From: Candidatus Parcubacteria bacterium
Lineage (GTDB): Bacteria > Patescibacteriota > Minisyncoccia > UBA6257 > 2-01-FULL-56-20
Assembly (NCBI GenBank): GCA_027324805.1
Contig: DAHVRZ010000001.1
Span: 2,945 to 66,944, forward strand
Direction: 5' to 3'
Length of the DNA: 64,000 nt
The notes under the pieces are model-generated. The model did not search any database and was not told the DNA's origin. It was given only the letters and a program-made list of their open reading frames with translations. A program made the position numbers and the translations under genes. Position 1 is the first letter of the stretch, and the number at the start of each line of letters is the position of its first letter. Below, piece by piece: positions 38,071-47,773 of the stretch.

Positions 38071-38307
38071 ATGGACACCTCTTCAGTACCGGAACAGGGC
38101 ATGAAGCATGAGATGCACGGCACGATCTGCCGCCATCCCCGCCATAGAGCGGTTCCCATTCTCGCGATCATCATCGGATTAGAGTTTTTCCTTGCCGAGA
38201 TCGGCGTGCTCACGTGGGAGTTTGTGAATGTCACTTGGCCGCTTCTTCTCATCGTTGCCGGCATCGTCGGTCTTTCCGGCCATCACTATCATTATCACGA
38301 CCAGTAG
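38071..38307 (+). CDS. Small membrane protein (LiaF/DUF5668-like TM, His-rich ends)
   Basis: ILAIIIG...WPLLLIVAG. Confidence 0.65.
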   Translation: MDTSSVPEQGMKHEMHGTICRHPRHRAVPILAIIIGLEFFLAEIGVLTWEFVNVTWPLLLIVAGIVGLSGHHYHYHDQ

Positions 38308-38355
38308 TCGCGATGGGTGTAAAAATAAAAACATCGTCACAGTGGACGATGTTTT

Positions 38356-38973
38356 TTATTTATCTGCCGGCTGTCCCTGGGGTTCGTCCTCTCCATCCTT
38401 CTCCTCCGCTACCTTCTGGATGTTGGCCCGCCTGAGAAGTTCCTGCTGAAGCCACTCCGCGAGATCTTTGTCGAGCGCCGGGAGGATACCCTCGCTGTCG
38501 TCCTCCCCCGGCCTCCCGACATCCTCATGTCCCGCGGTAAGGATCATGATTCTCGAGAGTCCCATCATTTGGAATGAAAGGTCGCGCTCGATGTCAACGT
38601 CCTGGATCTGGCGGTATGGAATGGCGATCTCTTCCTTTTCGAGAATGCCGCGCTTGATCTTCAGCGAATCTTCGCCCAGTGCAAATTTGTAATTTTTATA
38701 AACAAGCAATGAGACAAAAAAGACGAGGCCGAACATGACGACAAAAAGGATCGCGGAAATCCCCGCACCGATCATGGCATAGGCCGCAAGGTTGCCGAAA
38801 GGCGTTGCGGCGAGTGATTTCTGGGTTCCCATCACAAGGAACACCGCCGCAAGGATAAGGAACACTCCCGCGCCGTTCACACGCTCAAAAACGAATATCC
38901 AGAGGGTCTTCTTTCCCAGTGTGCGATACTGCTCTTCGGGAATTCCGGGATGCGTTATCGGTCCTTCTTCCAT
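38356..38973 (-). CDS. Bacterial PH-domain (bPH_2) membrane protein
   Basis: IKRGIL.K.EIAIPYRQIQDV. Confidence 0.8.
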   Translation of the reverse strand: MEEGPITHPGIPEEQYRTLGKKTLWIFVFERVNGAGVFLILAAVFLVMGTQKSLAATPFGNLAAYAMIGAGISAILFVVMFGLVFFVSLLVYKNYKFALGEDSLKIKRGILEKEEIAIPYRQIQDVDIERDLSFQMMGLSRIMILTAGHEDVGRPGEDDSEGILPALDKDLAEWLQQELLRRANIQKVAEEKDGEDEPQGQPADK

Positions 38974-39021
38974 TTTGATTATTTTACCACACTCAAGTAC
39001 AATGGGATTTAAGGAACATCC

Positions 39022-39561
39022 ATAGATTATCCATCGGGTAAGTTTTCCACTCCCATTCCCAAACCCCGCATCAACAGCCAAATAACAGCCCCCGAACTCC
39101 GCGTGATCGGAGAGGACGGAGCAAATCTCGGTGTCATGCCTCGCAACGAGGCTCTTAAGCTCGCCCGCCCGGACGACGGGGTTGACCTTATTGAGATCTC
39201 CGCAAACGCCAACCCGCCCGTCGTGCGGCTCATGAACTACGATAAGTTCCGCTACGAGGAAGAAAAGCGGGTCAAGAAAGAGCGGCTTGCCCAAAAAGGC
39301 ATCGCCTTGAAGACGGTGCAGATCAGCGCCCGCGCTGCCGAGAATGACCTTATGGTCCGCGTGCGACAGGTGGAGAAGTTCTTCGGACAGGGACATCCTG
39401 TCGAGATCACCATGCGTCTCCGCGGCCGCGAAAAGCGGAATCGTGATTTTGCCATGCAGAAGCTTCACGACTTTCTCAAGCTCCTGCCCATGGAATACAA
39501 GAAGCTCGGTGAACCCCGCTTCCTCGGCAACGGCCCCGCCGTCCAGATAGCAAAAAAATAA
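39022..39561 (+). CDS. infC: Translation initiation factor IF-3, non-AUG start (ATA 39022 or ATT 39055)
   Basis: PRINSQI.APELRVI...DLIEIS..ANPPV..LMNYDKFRYE, RLRGRE. Confidence 0.92.
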   Translation: MDYPSGKFSTPIPKPRINSQITAPELRVIGEDGANLGVMPRNEALKLARPDDGVDLIEISANANPPVVRLMNYDKFRYEEEKRVKKERLAQKGIALKTVQISARAAENDLMVRVRQVEKFFGQGHPVEITMRLRGREKRNRDFAMQKLHDFLKLLPMEYKKLGEPRFLGNGPAVQIAKK

Positions 39562-39626
39562 GACTTCTGGTGCATATTGACAATATAGCACTTTATGTGT
39601 TATTATTGTCCTAGGAGGGTAATTCA

Positions 39627-39827
39627 ATGTTCACAGCAAATCCGGCACTTCTCATGTCCGGAATGATTCTCTGTTTTGTGCTCTTACTGATCCGCAAGCC
39701 GCGGATCCTTGCCATGTGCCCCGGCATCTTTGGGGCAATGGTGTTCGGTGCCGGTATCTACGCCGCCATCAACTGGAGCCAGATAACAACCACAGGTCAG
39801 CAGTTCATCGCGACCTATCTTCGATAG
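39627..39827 (+). CDS. Small 2-TM hypothetical protein (orphan, SD-led)
   Basis: TTGACA-N18-TATTAT promoter (39577-39606), AGGAGGG SD, terminator 39860-39885. Confidence 0.65.
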   Translation: MFTANPALLMSGMILCFVLLLIRKPRILAMCPGIFGAMVFGAGIYAAINWSQITTTGQQFIATYLR

Positions 39828-40085
39828 AAGTCTCGACCGCCGCCGAATCAGTCATCCAGGGCAGGAACCCCACGTTCCTGCCTTTCGTATTTTATGACGG
39901 CCCTAATTGGCACACCGATTTCATATGGAAAGCTGCATGGATCGTGGGTTCGCGCCTTCCCCCGCCAGATACCGAGGGGCCGTTCGGGATTTGCATAATT
40001 CGAAATGGTGTGATATCCTCTTACCTATTGAGCAGGAGATGATCCCTCGACTCGAGGGATTTTTATAGAAAACCCCAAGAATTCC

Positions 40086-40256
40086 ATGCCCTCGAAAAGT
40101 TTGACCAAACGCATAAAGATCACGAAGAACGGGAAGATCGTCCGGCGCTCTATGGGCATCGATCATTTTAAGACGCGCAAAAGCACCAAAACCAACCGCA
40201 ATTCGCGGAAAATGGTCTCGCTCAATATCTCTCTTAAAAAACTTTTGAACTACTAA
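40086..40256 (+). CDS. rpmI: 50S ribosomal protein L35
   Basis: Manual translation MPSKSLTKRIKITKNGKIVRRSMGIDHFKTRKS...; directly upstream of rplT. Confidence 0.9.
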   Translation: MPSKSLTKRIKITKNGKIVRRSMGIDHFKTRKSTKTNRNSRKMVSLNISLKKLLNY

Positions 40257-40260
40257 CGCC

Positions 40261-40608
40261 ATGCCGAGAGTCAAACGGGGCACCATCGCCAACAAGCGCC
40301 GCGCCAAGGTCCTCAAGCGGACCAAGGGATTCCGTTGGGGGCGCAAATCAAAAGAGCGCTATGCCAAGGAAGCCCTTCTCCACGCGGGCGCACATGCATT
40401 CCGCGGACGCAAGGAGAAAAAGCGCATCTATCGCCAGCTCTGGAATGTGAAAATCAACGCCGCGATCCGCGAGGAAGGAATGAGCTACAGCAAGTTCATC
40501 GCCGCACTCAAGAAGGCGAATATCGCCCTAGACCGCAAGATCCTCGCCGATCTCGCCGAGAACGAACCGGAGGTGTTCAAAAAAGTGGTTGGCTCGATAA
40601 AGAAATAA
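40261..40608 (+). CDS. rplT: 50S ribosomal protein L20
   Basis: MPRVKRG, RKEKKR..RQLW..KINAA, LDRKILADLA. Confidence 0.97.
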   Translation: MPRVKRGTIANKRRAKVLKRTKGFRWGRKSKERYAKEALLHAGAHAFRGRKEKKRIYRQLWNVKINAAIREEGMSYSKFIAALKKANIALDRKILADLAENEPEVFKKVVGSIKK

Positions 40609-40609
40609 A

Positions 40610-40644
40610 ATAAAAACCGCATCCTGAAGTGATGCGGTTTTTAT
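40610..40644. terminator. Bidirectional terminator
   Basis: ATAAAAACCGCATC...GATGCGGTTTTTAT. Confidence 0.8.
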
Positions 40645-41177
40645 TTCTTCTCCTCCCGGACCGCCTTCTGCCGCTCCTGCCGGTGGGGCACCTGCGGCGG
40701 CCGCCGCCTCGGACGAAGAAAATCGTTCGCCTGCTTCAATACCTTCTTCGTGTCCACATACTTCTTGCCAATAACATTCATCGCATCGTGGTAAAGGAAC
40801 CAGCCGTAGCCGCTATGTTCGCGCGGGCGGATGATAATCTCCGCTTTGTGCGTCTCCGCAAGAAAAAGGATGACGGTGTCATAGATCCCCTGCGCCCCTA
40901 TTTTGAAATAGAAGCGCTCGTAGGCGCGGAAGTTCGGCATGATGCGCAGCTCGTTTTTTTTGATCCCCGTTTCCTCCTCGAGTTCCCGCAGAGCGGTGTC
41001 GATGCTCCTTTCGCCCGGCTCGAAGTGCCCTTTCGGGAAATTCCAATAATTGCCGCGGCGATAGAGAAGAAGGAATTTTATCCCGTCGCTCGTTTTGCGA
41101 TAAACGACAAACCCGGCCACCACCTGCTTTTTTGTGGGAATACGCTTGGACTCGTCGGGTCCTTTTGGTGATGACAT
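40641..41177 (-). CDS. NUDIX hydrolase (Ap4A hydrolase-like)
   Basis: WNFPKGHFEPGE...ALRELEEETG. Confidence 0.9.
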   Translation of the reverse strand: MSSPKGPDESKRIPTKKQVVAGFVVYRKTSDGIKFLLLYRRGNYWNFPKGHFEPGERSIDTALRELEEETGIKKNELRIMPNFRAYERFYFKIGAQGIYDTVILFLAETHKAEIIIRPREHSGYGWFLYHDAMNVIGKKYVDTKKVLKQANDFLRPRRRPPQVPHRQERQKAVREEKK

Positions 41178-41265
41178 GGGGTAATTCTACCATAAGCCCC
41201 TGCGTCGGGGGCACCTCTTTTCATTTTTAAATGATATGGTATAATATATCCAGGAGGGTTTGACT

Positions 41266-41748
41266 ATGGATGGTTCTTTGGGTGGCGTCCTGCTACTTGC
41301 CATATCGTTGCTCCTTTTTCTCTTTGTGCTGGAGATGACCCCTGCATCGCTCGATGAAATAAAAGAGGTCGCCGCCTCGATCGACGATCTGGAGGTTACC
41401 CGCTTTGCATCTTCCCCGGGAGATCCCCGCATAACCTTCATGGTCTGTGGATATTCCCCGCGGGGAGTATACCACTGCACATATACCATGCTTGCCCTTG
41501 CGGTCCATGGGGAGGAGCTTTTTGTCTCTGAAACAATCGTTGCGAACGTCGGCTTCATGAAGACGGGATCGCTTCATGCGGAGTTTCTCAACGACAAGCT
41601 CATGGAATGGGGGCGGAGCAAAGACGGGAAACAAAGGCCCATACCCGAAGACGAAGAGGCTGCGCTGCTTCTCGAAAACCTTCTTGGCATGGCGCGTTAC
41701 GCCGTCCGTCATCACTTGTCCGTTTCGATCATCGCGGCTTCATCGTAG
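41266..41748 (+). CDS. Hypothetical protein with N-terminal TM (orphan, SD-led)
   Basis: TGGTATAAT and CAGGAGGG upstream. Confidence 0.65.
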   Translation: MDGSLGGVLLLAISLLLFLFVLEMTPASLDEIKEVAASIDDLEVTRFASSPGDPRITFMVCGYSPRGVYHCTYTMLALAVHGEELFVSETIVANVGFMKTGSLHAEFLNDKLMEWGRSKDGKQRPIPEDEEAALLLENLLGMARYAVRHHLSVSIIAASS

Positions 41749-41793
41749 CATTATGCACGATGGGGCCGCTTTTCTTTTTCCCCGCTTTCCGGC

Positions 41794-43554
41794 TCAATGC
41801 CCTTTCAACTTCTTGAGCATCGCCCCAAGCGGCCATGCATTCACAACATCGCTCCTGCACGCCCATCCACGGCGCGCCTGTGAGATGCCGTATTCAAGAT
41901 AGGCATAATGCGCAGTTGCGTGCGCGTCGGAATCTATTGAGAGACGGACGCCGGCCTCCACGCACTTGCGGATATATTCGTCCTTGAGGTCGGCCCGGTC
42001 CGGCAAGGCGTCTATCTCAAGCACCGTGCCGTTCTTTTTCGCCGCCGCTATGACCGCATCCATATCCACTTCGATAGGCGGGCGGCGATTGATGATGCGG
42101 TCGGTCGGATGGAAAAGAATGTCCACATGAGGATTCGCGATGGCGCGAAGCACGCGCTCTGTTTGTTCCTTTTTTGAAAGATTAAAGAACGAATGCACCG
42201 ATACGCCGACCACGTCGAGCTTTGCGAGTATCTCATCGGGCAGGTCGAGCGATCCGTCCTTCAGGATGTCGCACTCCGTTCCTTTTAATATTTTTATCTT
42301 TCCGCCAAGTTTTCTGTTTACCGCATCAATCTCCTTCCATTGCTCTTTGATGCGCACTTCGTCGAGCCCATGCGTCATAGCGAGCCGCTTCGTATGGTCC
42401 GTTATCGCGATATATTTCAGCCCGCGGGCCATCGCGGCGCGGGCCATCGCTTCGATGGAATCCGCCCCATCGGTCCAATTCGTCTGCACCTGAAGATCGC
42501 CCACGAGGTCGCTATAGCCGATGATCTTCGGCAGTTTATGCGCGAGCGCCGCCTGCACCTCTCCCGTATTCTCCCGCAGTTCCGGCTCGGGCCAATCCAT
42601 ACCCAGTATTTTGTATATTTCCTTTTCGTCGGCACCGGCCACACTCTTCCCTTTCACGCCATCCTTTATTCTGAAAAGGCCGTACTCATTGAGCGTGAAT
42701 CCCTTTTTGATCGCAAGCTGGCGGATTGCAACATTGTGATCCTTCGAACCGGTGAAATAATTGAGCGCCGCACCATAGGACTCCTTCGGCACCACCCGCA
42801 GATCAACGTTGATCCCCGGCCTTATTTTTATCGATGACTTCGTTTCTCCGTGCGCAATCACGCTCATCACACCCGGCATGGAAACAAACTTTTCCATGAT
42901 GGCTTTTGGGTTTGAAGAGGCGGCGAGAATATCTATATCGCCGACCGTCTCTTTCCGCCTGCGGGCCGAACCCGCCACAACCACCTTCTCCGCGCCCGGC
43001 ACAGAGGAAAGCGCCGCTTCAATCTCCCGTATTCGAGTCATCAGGGAACCCAGAACGAACCGCTGTCCGCTCCCCTTTGCAAACTCGATGCCTTTCAATA
43101 TCTTTTCCTCGCTTTTCTTCCCAAACCCCGGAAGCGTTGCTATCTTCCCTTCTTTCGCCGCTTTTTCAAGCTCCTTAAGATTCCTTATTCCAAGCTCTTT
43201 GTAAAGCCTCTGCACCGACTTCGGACCCATCCCCTCCACGCGGGCAAGCTCGTCGAGCCGCACCGGCGTCGCCTTTTTCAACTGTTCGTATTCCTTTACC
43301 TTCCCCGTATCCAAAAACTCGGCGATCTTTTCGGCGATACCCTGCCCGATACCGGGGATCTCCATGAGCGCTTTTTTGCCGCCCGCCGCGAACCTTTCCG
43401 CCATACTTTCCTCGAGTCCTTCCACCGTCATCGCCGCTTTTTCGTACGCGCGGGGTTTGAAAGGAACCTGCTGCATGGCAAGGTATTCCCCGATCTGACG
43501 GAGGATTTCCGCTATATCATGATTTGCGGGATATGCCCGTCGCGATGAGGCCAT
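41794..43554 (-). CDS. polX: DNA polymerase X / PHP-domain protein
   Basis: HhH IPGIGQGIA, AGSARR.KETVGDIDIL, YFTGSKDHN, C-terminal PHP (TDH, SDAH). Confidence 0.93.
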   Translation of the reverse strand: MASSRRAYPANHDIAEILRQIGEYLAMQQVPFKPRAYEKAAMTVEGLEESMAERFAAGGKKALMEIPGIGQGIAEKIAEFLDTGKVKEYEQLKKATPVRLDELARVEGMGPKSVQRLYKELGIRNLKELEKAAKEGKIATLPGFGKKSEEKILKGIEFAKGSGQRFVLGSLMTRIREIEAALSSVPGAEKVVVAGSARRRKETVGDIDILAASSNPKAIMEKFVSMPGVMSVIAHGETKSSIKIRPGINVDLRVVPKESYGAALNYFTGSKDHNVAIRQLAIKKGFTLNEYGLFRIKDGVKGKSVAGADEKEIYKILGMDWPEPELRENTGEVQAALAHKLPKIIGYSDLVGDLQVQTNWTDGADSIEAMARAAMARGLKYIAITDHTKRLAMTHGLDEVRIKEQWKEIDAVNRKLGGKIKILKGTECDILKDGSLDLPDEILAKLDVVGVSVHSFFNLSKKEQTERVLRAIANPHVDILFHPTDRIINRRPPIEVDMDAVIAAAKKNGTVLEIDALPDRADLKDEYIRKCVEAGVRLSIDSDAHATAHYAYLEYGISQARRGWACRSDVVNAWPLGAMLKKLKGH

Positions 43555-43585
43555 ACATCCATTCTACCGCATCGGGAGCACCGCG

Positions 43586-44860
43586 CTATCGTTCAGCATC
43601 ATACAGCGCCATAATCTCCGCCGGCGAAAGCGCACGACCATACACGCGGATATCATCTTCCCATCCGTTGAAAAGCTGCCCGCTGTACCCCGACCCAATA
43701 TAAATCGGGAGGTTGTTCGTATTGATAGGGGTGTTGTAGGCAACAGAAAACTGCTGGGAACCATTCAGATAAATCCGCCTATATGCTCCGTCGTAGACGC
43801 CACACGCGAACGTCCATGTGTTGGCATTGATTGCGGGAGTTCCGGAATCGCCGTAACCTGTATCGTTTACTGCAAAATAGATATGGCCCCCATTAATGTA
43901 GAGATACCACAGCGAATTGGACGCTCCGCCCCCGAACCCTTTTGTTATTGCCCGCTGGGCGACAGAGGTATTGTTTGGATATATCCAAACACATACGCTC
44001 ACGGAATTTGTGACGTTATAGGCCGATATGGCAGGCACGGAAATATATGTGGTCGCCCCATCGAATGCTCCCGCATACGATCCCACCTTACCTCCAATGT
44101 AGTAAGTGCCGTTTTGGCCGACCGCCGTGCCGATCCAAGCGCCATTGTTCCCGTTGATCCCCTCGAGCGCAACCGTACCCGATCCCTCGTTGAGCGGCCA
44201 ATATCCCACCAGCCCCGAAGGATTGTAAAGGAGGGATATTGAAGGGACGCCCGCGGAAATGATTTCTGGGAAAAGGCTTGTCTGCGGATTGTTCGCGTAG
44301 TTCTGTTTGTACTTTGAAGATTCGAAGTCCGCGGTGGCCTCATATTGAGATCCGCTCATGCCGTAGGAATAGAAGAGTCCGGAGGAGGTTTGATTCACGG
44401 GATCCACAGGGAGAGAACCAAATGGGGCACCGGCGGAGATCTGACTGAAATTAACAGGGAGCCATCCGGTACCGTTCGTGGCGCGGTATGTTGCGGAAGA
44501 GGCACAGTTCCATGACTGACCGGCACCCAGTGCTGGGAGGTCAAGATCCCCGCAGGTCGAAGAGCTGTCCGATATGGACACATATGCAAGGGAGGATGTT
44601 CCGAGGGAATACGAGGGTGTCCCCGAGAGGTCGGTTTGGTAAAGGTTCAGGGCGGAGCCGAGGGTTGCCATATCGGAGACCCGGTTTGCATCCCTCGATT
44701 GAGCGAGGAGCTGACTAGGATTCAAGACAAGGACTACAACAACCGCGAGGATCGCGATAATGGCGATCACAACAAGAAGCTCAATAAGAGTGAATGCGGA
44801 GCGGAAACGCGATGGCCGATCATTACATTCCGCCGCGCCAAGAAAGCGTATATATTTCAT
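43586..44860 (-). CDS. Type IV pilin-like adhesin with C-terminal LamG/ConA-like domain
   Basis: A|FTLIELLVVIAIIAIL; LVGYWPLNEGSG...FNG..DDIRVY.RALS..EI. Confidence 0.88.
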   Translation of the reverse strand: MKYIRFLGAAECNDRPSRFRSAFTLIELLVVIAIIAILAVVVVLVLNPSQLLAQSRDANRVSDMATLGSALNLYQTDLSGTPSYSLGTSSLAYVSISDSSSTCGDLDLPALGAGQSWNCASSATYRATNGTGWLPVNFSQISAGAPFGSLPVDPVNQTSSGLFYSYGMSGSQYEATADFESSKYKQNYANNPQTSLFPEIISAGVPSISLLYNPSGLVGYWPLNEGSGTVALEGINGNNGAWIGTAVGQNGTYYIGGKVGSYAGAFDGATTYISVPAISAYNVTNSVSVCVWIYPNNTSVAQRAITKGFGGGASNSLWYLYINGGHIYFAVNDTGYGDSGTPAINANTWTFACGVYDGAYRRIYLNGSQQFSVAYNTPINTNNLPIYIGSGYSGQLFNGWEDDIRVYGRALSPAEIMALYDAER

Positions 44861-44883
44861 GTACAATCTTTTCCTGCCCCACT

Positions 44884-47418
44884 TTATTCCGCAACAAAAT
44901 CAAACGTATCATTCTGATATATGAGCTTTACCCTGTTCCCTTTGAGTACCTTCCTCCCAAGGATCGCCTGCGAGAGCGGCGCACGGACCTTCTCGTCGAT
45001 CACGCGGCGGAGCGGGCGGGCACCGTATGCCGGATCATAGCCGAGCTTCGCGATCTCCTTGAGCGCCTCCGGCGCGAAATCGAGATAGATACCCTTCTCC
45101 TTCATTATGGAAACCAGCTCTTGCACATTCAACTGCACGATCTTCATAAGATCATCCGGATCGAGGTTTTTGAAAATAATGATCTTCGAAAAACGATTGA
45201 GGAGCTCCGGTTTATATACATCCGTGAGGCGCGCCTTCACATACTCGGCGATCTGAGACATGGTCTCTCCCTGGCCAAGCGCCTGGTTGATGATATCGGA
45301 ATGCGCATTTGAGGTTGCGATGATGATCGTATTCGTAAAATCCACGACACGGCTCAGATTGTCGGTGAGCCGGCCGTCATCGAGGACCTGGAGGAAAAGA
45401 TTGAGGATATCGGGATATGCTTTCTCGAATTCATCGAGCAGGATAAGGCTGTAGGGCTTCGAGAGGACGGCATCGGTAAGTGCGCCGCGTACCGAACCGT
45501 CAGGCGAGCCGATGAAGCGGTAGAAGCTGGTCTTATCCTGGTATTCCGTCATATCGAAACGAACCATCATCTTCTCCGATCCGAACTGGATCTCGGCAAG
45601 TATCTTTGCGAGTTCGGTCTTGCCGACGCCGGTCGGCCCCACAAAGAGGAAACTCGCGATGGGACCGCCTTTACGCGTAAGGCCGGAGCGATATTCGCGG
45701 ATGGCATCCGCCACCGCCTTCACCGCCTCTTCCTGATCCACAAGCTTCCGGTGAATAAGATCCTCCATGTGAAGCAATTTCTCCGCTTCATCGCCTTCGG
45801 CCTCATGCATCGGGACGTTCACCCTTTCCTCGGCGACCGTGGTCACCCGTTCCGGACCGAGCCTTTTCTCACCGCGCCGTTCCGCGTCTACGAGTGCACT
45901 CTTCAAAAGCTCTTCCGCGCTCGAAGGGAGGAATTTATCATGCATATACTTCTTGGCGAGCATCACGGCGCGTTTGATCGCACCAAAACTTATTTCGATA
46001 TCCGATTCATCCTCGAGAAGTACGCTTTCATACGTGAGCACACGCTCCGCCTCCTCTTCCGTAATCTCGGCCACCGGAATCGTTTCAAAAATGGCAACGA
46101 AGTCGCTTCGCGGTTCGATGAGCTGTTTGAACTCGCGCGGATAGGTCGAGCCGACGACGGGAAACCGATTTTCCATAATAATGGGCATCAGGGCGTCGGC
46201 GGCGGAAAGATATGCGGTTCCCGAAGTGCGTACCAGATTATGGAGATCGGGGATATAAAGAATGACATTGCCCGCCTCGAGTATCTCTTCCACGATCATT
46301 TTGAGCCGCGCTTCAAGTTCCTCGGGTGCCGCGCCGGCAACGAGACTCGACAAATGGAGTCCCACCAGCCGTCGGTCAAAGAGCCCGCTCGGCACGTTAT
46401 CCTTTACAAGCGCGAGCGCGAGGTGATGTATGATCGATTCCTTGCCGATACCCGGCTCGCCGATGAGGATCGCATTGGGATTGACGGGCCTCGCGAGTGT
46501 CTCGATGAGCCTCCCGTATTCCGCGCCGTGGCCGATGAGGAATCCTGTTTGCCCGTTGCGGGCAAGGTCGGTATAATCGGTGCCATAATGGTCGAGCGTC
46601 GGCGTCGGACGCGCGGTCCATGCACGGTTCATTACACGATGCTTCGCCACGCGATGTGTGCCGATGCCAAAACCGCCGAGGGCACGCGGCAGTCGATGGA
46701 ACCACCCGTGACTCACGAGCGATCCAAAAAGGAGTGCGCGTTCCAGGTCACCCGGTTCGATCGAGAACTGATTGAAGAGACGATCCATCGCATCGCCTCC
46801 CGCCTTCGGAAGGGCCGAGAAAAGGTCCGGCGCAGTGATGAATTCGTGACCCGCCTTCACCGCTTGGGCGAATGCCGCCGTAAGGAGCGCTTCGATCGTC
46901 CGGATGGTCTCCTCCCTCGATGCCTTACCGGCAGGTCGATCCGGTGCATCCGACTCATTGAACAATGCGTCGAGCTTCGTCTTGAAATCCTCCGGCTTCA
47001 CATCGAGACGTCGCAGGCCTTCCGCGATTACCGGCGACTCAAAGAGTCGCCGCGCAAGTTCAAGGGAAAAATCCTTCTTTGTGATGCTGCTGCGGTCAAG
47101 CGCACGATCAATAGCCCCGAACGCCGCAGGCGATGTCACGCGGGAGAGATTCACCCTCCCGTCGCCGAACGATATCTCCGATATCGGCATATCCCCTTGA
47201 CCACGATGGACGACCAGGTCACCCGAGAAAAGAAGAAGGAACAGCCCGATCCACACCAAAAAGTGAATGCCCGAAAAAAGGAATGCGAACATCGCCGCCA
47301 CGAGGACAACGCCGACGATCCAGCTTGCCACGCGGACAATCATACGGCCCCCGACCGTCATCCGCAGACGCGGATCGTCGAGATAGAGCGAGGAAGGATC
47401 AAAAGGTCTTTGCCGCAT
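44884..47418 (-). CDS. Membrane-anchored ClpA/ClpB-family AAA+ ATPase
   Basis: Two N-terminal TMs; NBD1 GEPGIGKE; NBD2 GPTGVGKT, LLDEFEK, GARPLRR. Confidence 0.9.
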   Translation of the reverse strand: MRQRPFDPSSLYLDDPRLRMTVGGRMIVRVASWIVGVVLVAAMFAFLFSGIHFLVWIGLFLLLFSGDLVVHRGQGDMPISEISFGDGRVNLSRVTSPAAFGAIDRALDRSSITKKDFSLELARRLFESPVIAEGLRRLDVKPEDFKTKLDALFNESDAPDRPAGKASREETIRTIEALLTAAFAQAVKAGHEFITAPDLFSALPKAGGDAMDRLFNQFSIEPGDLERALLFGSLVSHGWFHRLPRALGGFGIGTHRVAKHRVMNRAWTARPTPTLDHYGTDYTDLARNGQTGFLIGHGAEYGRLIETLARPVNPNAILIGEPGIGKESIIHHLALALVKDNVPSGLFDRRLVGLHLSSLVAGAAPEELEARLKMIVEEILEAGNVILYIPDLHNLVRTSGTAYLSAADALMPIIMENRFPVVGSTYPREFKQLIEPRSDFVAIFETIPVAEITEEEAERVLTYESVLLEDESDIEISFGAIKRAVMLAKKYMHDKFLPSSAEELLKSALVDAERRGEKRLGPERVTTVAEERVNVPMHEAEGDEAEKLLHMEDLIHRKLVDQEEAVKAVADAIREYRSGLTRKGGPIASFLFVGPTGVGKTELAKILAEIQFGSEKMMVRFDMTEYQDKTSFYRFIGSPDGSVRGALTDAVLSKPYSLILLDEFEKAYPDILNLFLQVLDDGRLTDNLSRVVDFTNTIIIATSNAHSDIINQALGQGETMSQIAEYVKARLTDVYKPELLNRFSKIIIFKNLDPDDLMKIVQLNVQELVSIMKEKGIYLDFAPEALKEIAKLGYDPAYGARPLRRVIDEKVRAPLSQAILGRKVLKGNRVKLIYQNDTFDFVAE

Positions 47419-47746
47419 AATAAAGGGTTATAAAGGGGATTATGAGCCAAATCGCATATATAAAAAGAAAACAGACGGCAATCACGAGATAGGCGAACAA
47501 CCCGACAATAATGCGGCCTGTCCGGAAGATAAAACCCAGAATGCGTCCTACAAATGTGTAGTCCTTATAGAGTGGTTCAAAGAGGTGCCGAAGCGTCACC
47601 CGGAGCGCAAGCGACCGGTCGGCCGAAGCGATTGCCGCCATAAACCTCCTCCCGAATGCACGGGAGCCGTCGATATACCAATGATGGAAAAACTCGAATA
47701 TCCGGTAGAAAAAGCGTCCCGCGAGGTACGTCACACTGAAATCCAT
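47399..47746 (-). CDS. Membrane protein coupled to the Clp ATPase gene
   Basis: Overlaps the Clp start; LF.PLY.DY...GRILGF..R. Confidence 0.75.
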   Translation of the reverse strand: MDFSVTYLAGRFFYRIFEFFHHWYIDGSRAFGRRFMAAIASADRSLALRVTLRHLFEPLYKDYTFVGRILGFIFRTGRIIVGLFAYLVIAVCFLFIYAIWLIIPFITLYYAAKTF

Positions 47747-47773
47747 ATCATAATCATAAATCCCAAGCTCCAA

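Noticed and set aside
38974..39627. N-terminal extension of the 423-aa ORF in the track
   Set aside because: It is antisense to infC; the real gene starts at ATG 38973 with a -10 seven nt upstream.
43586..44860. Diversity-generating retroelement acting on the pilin adhesins
   Set aside because: No reverse transcriptase and no template/variable repeat pair with adenine-specific mismatches was seen in the window.
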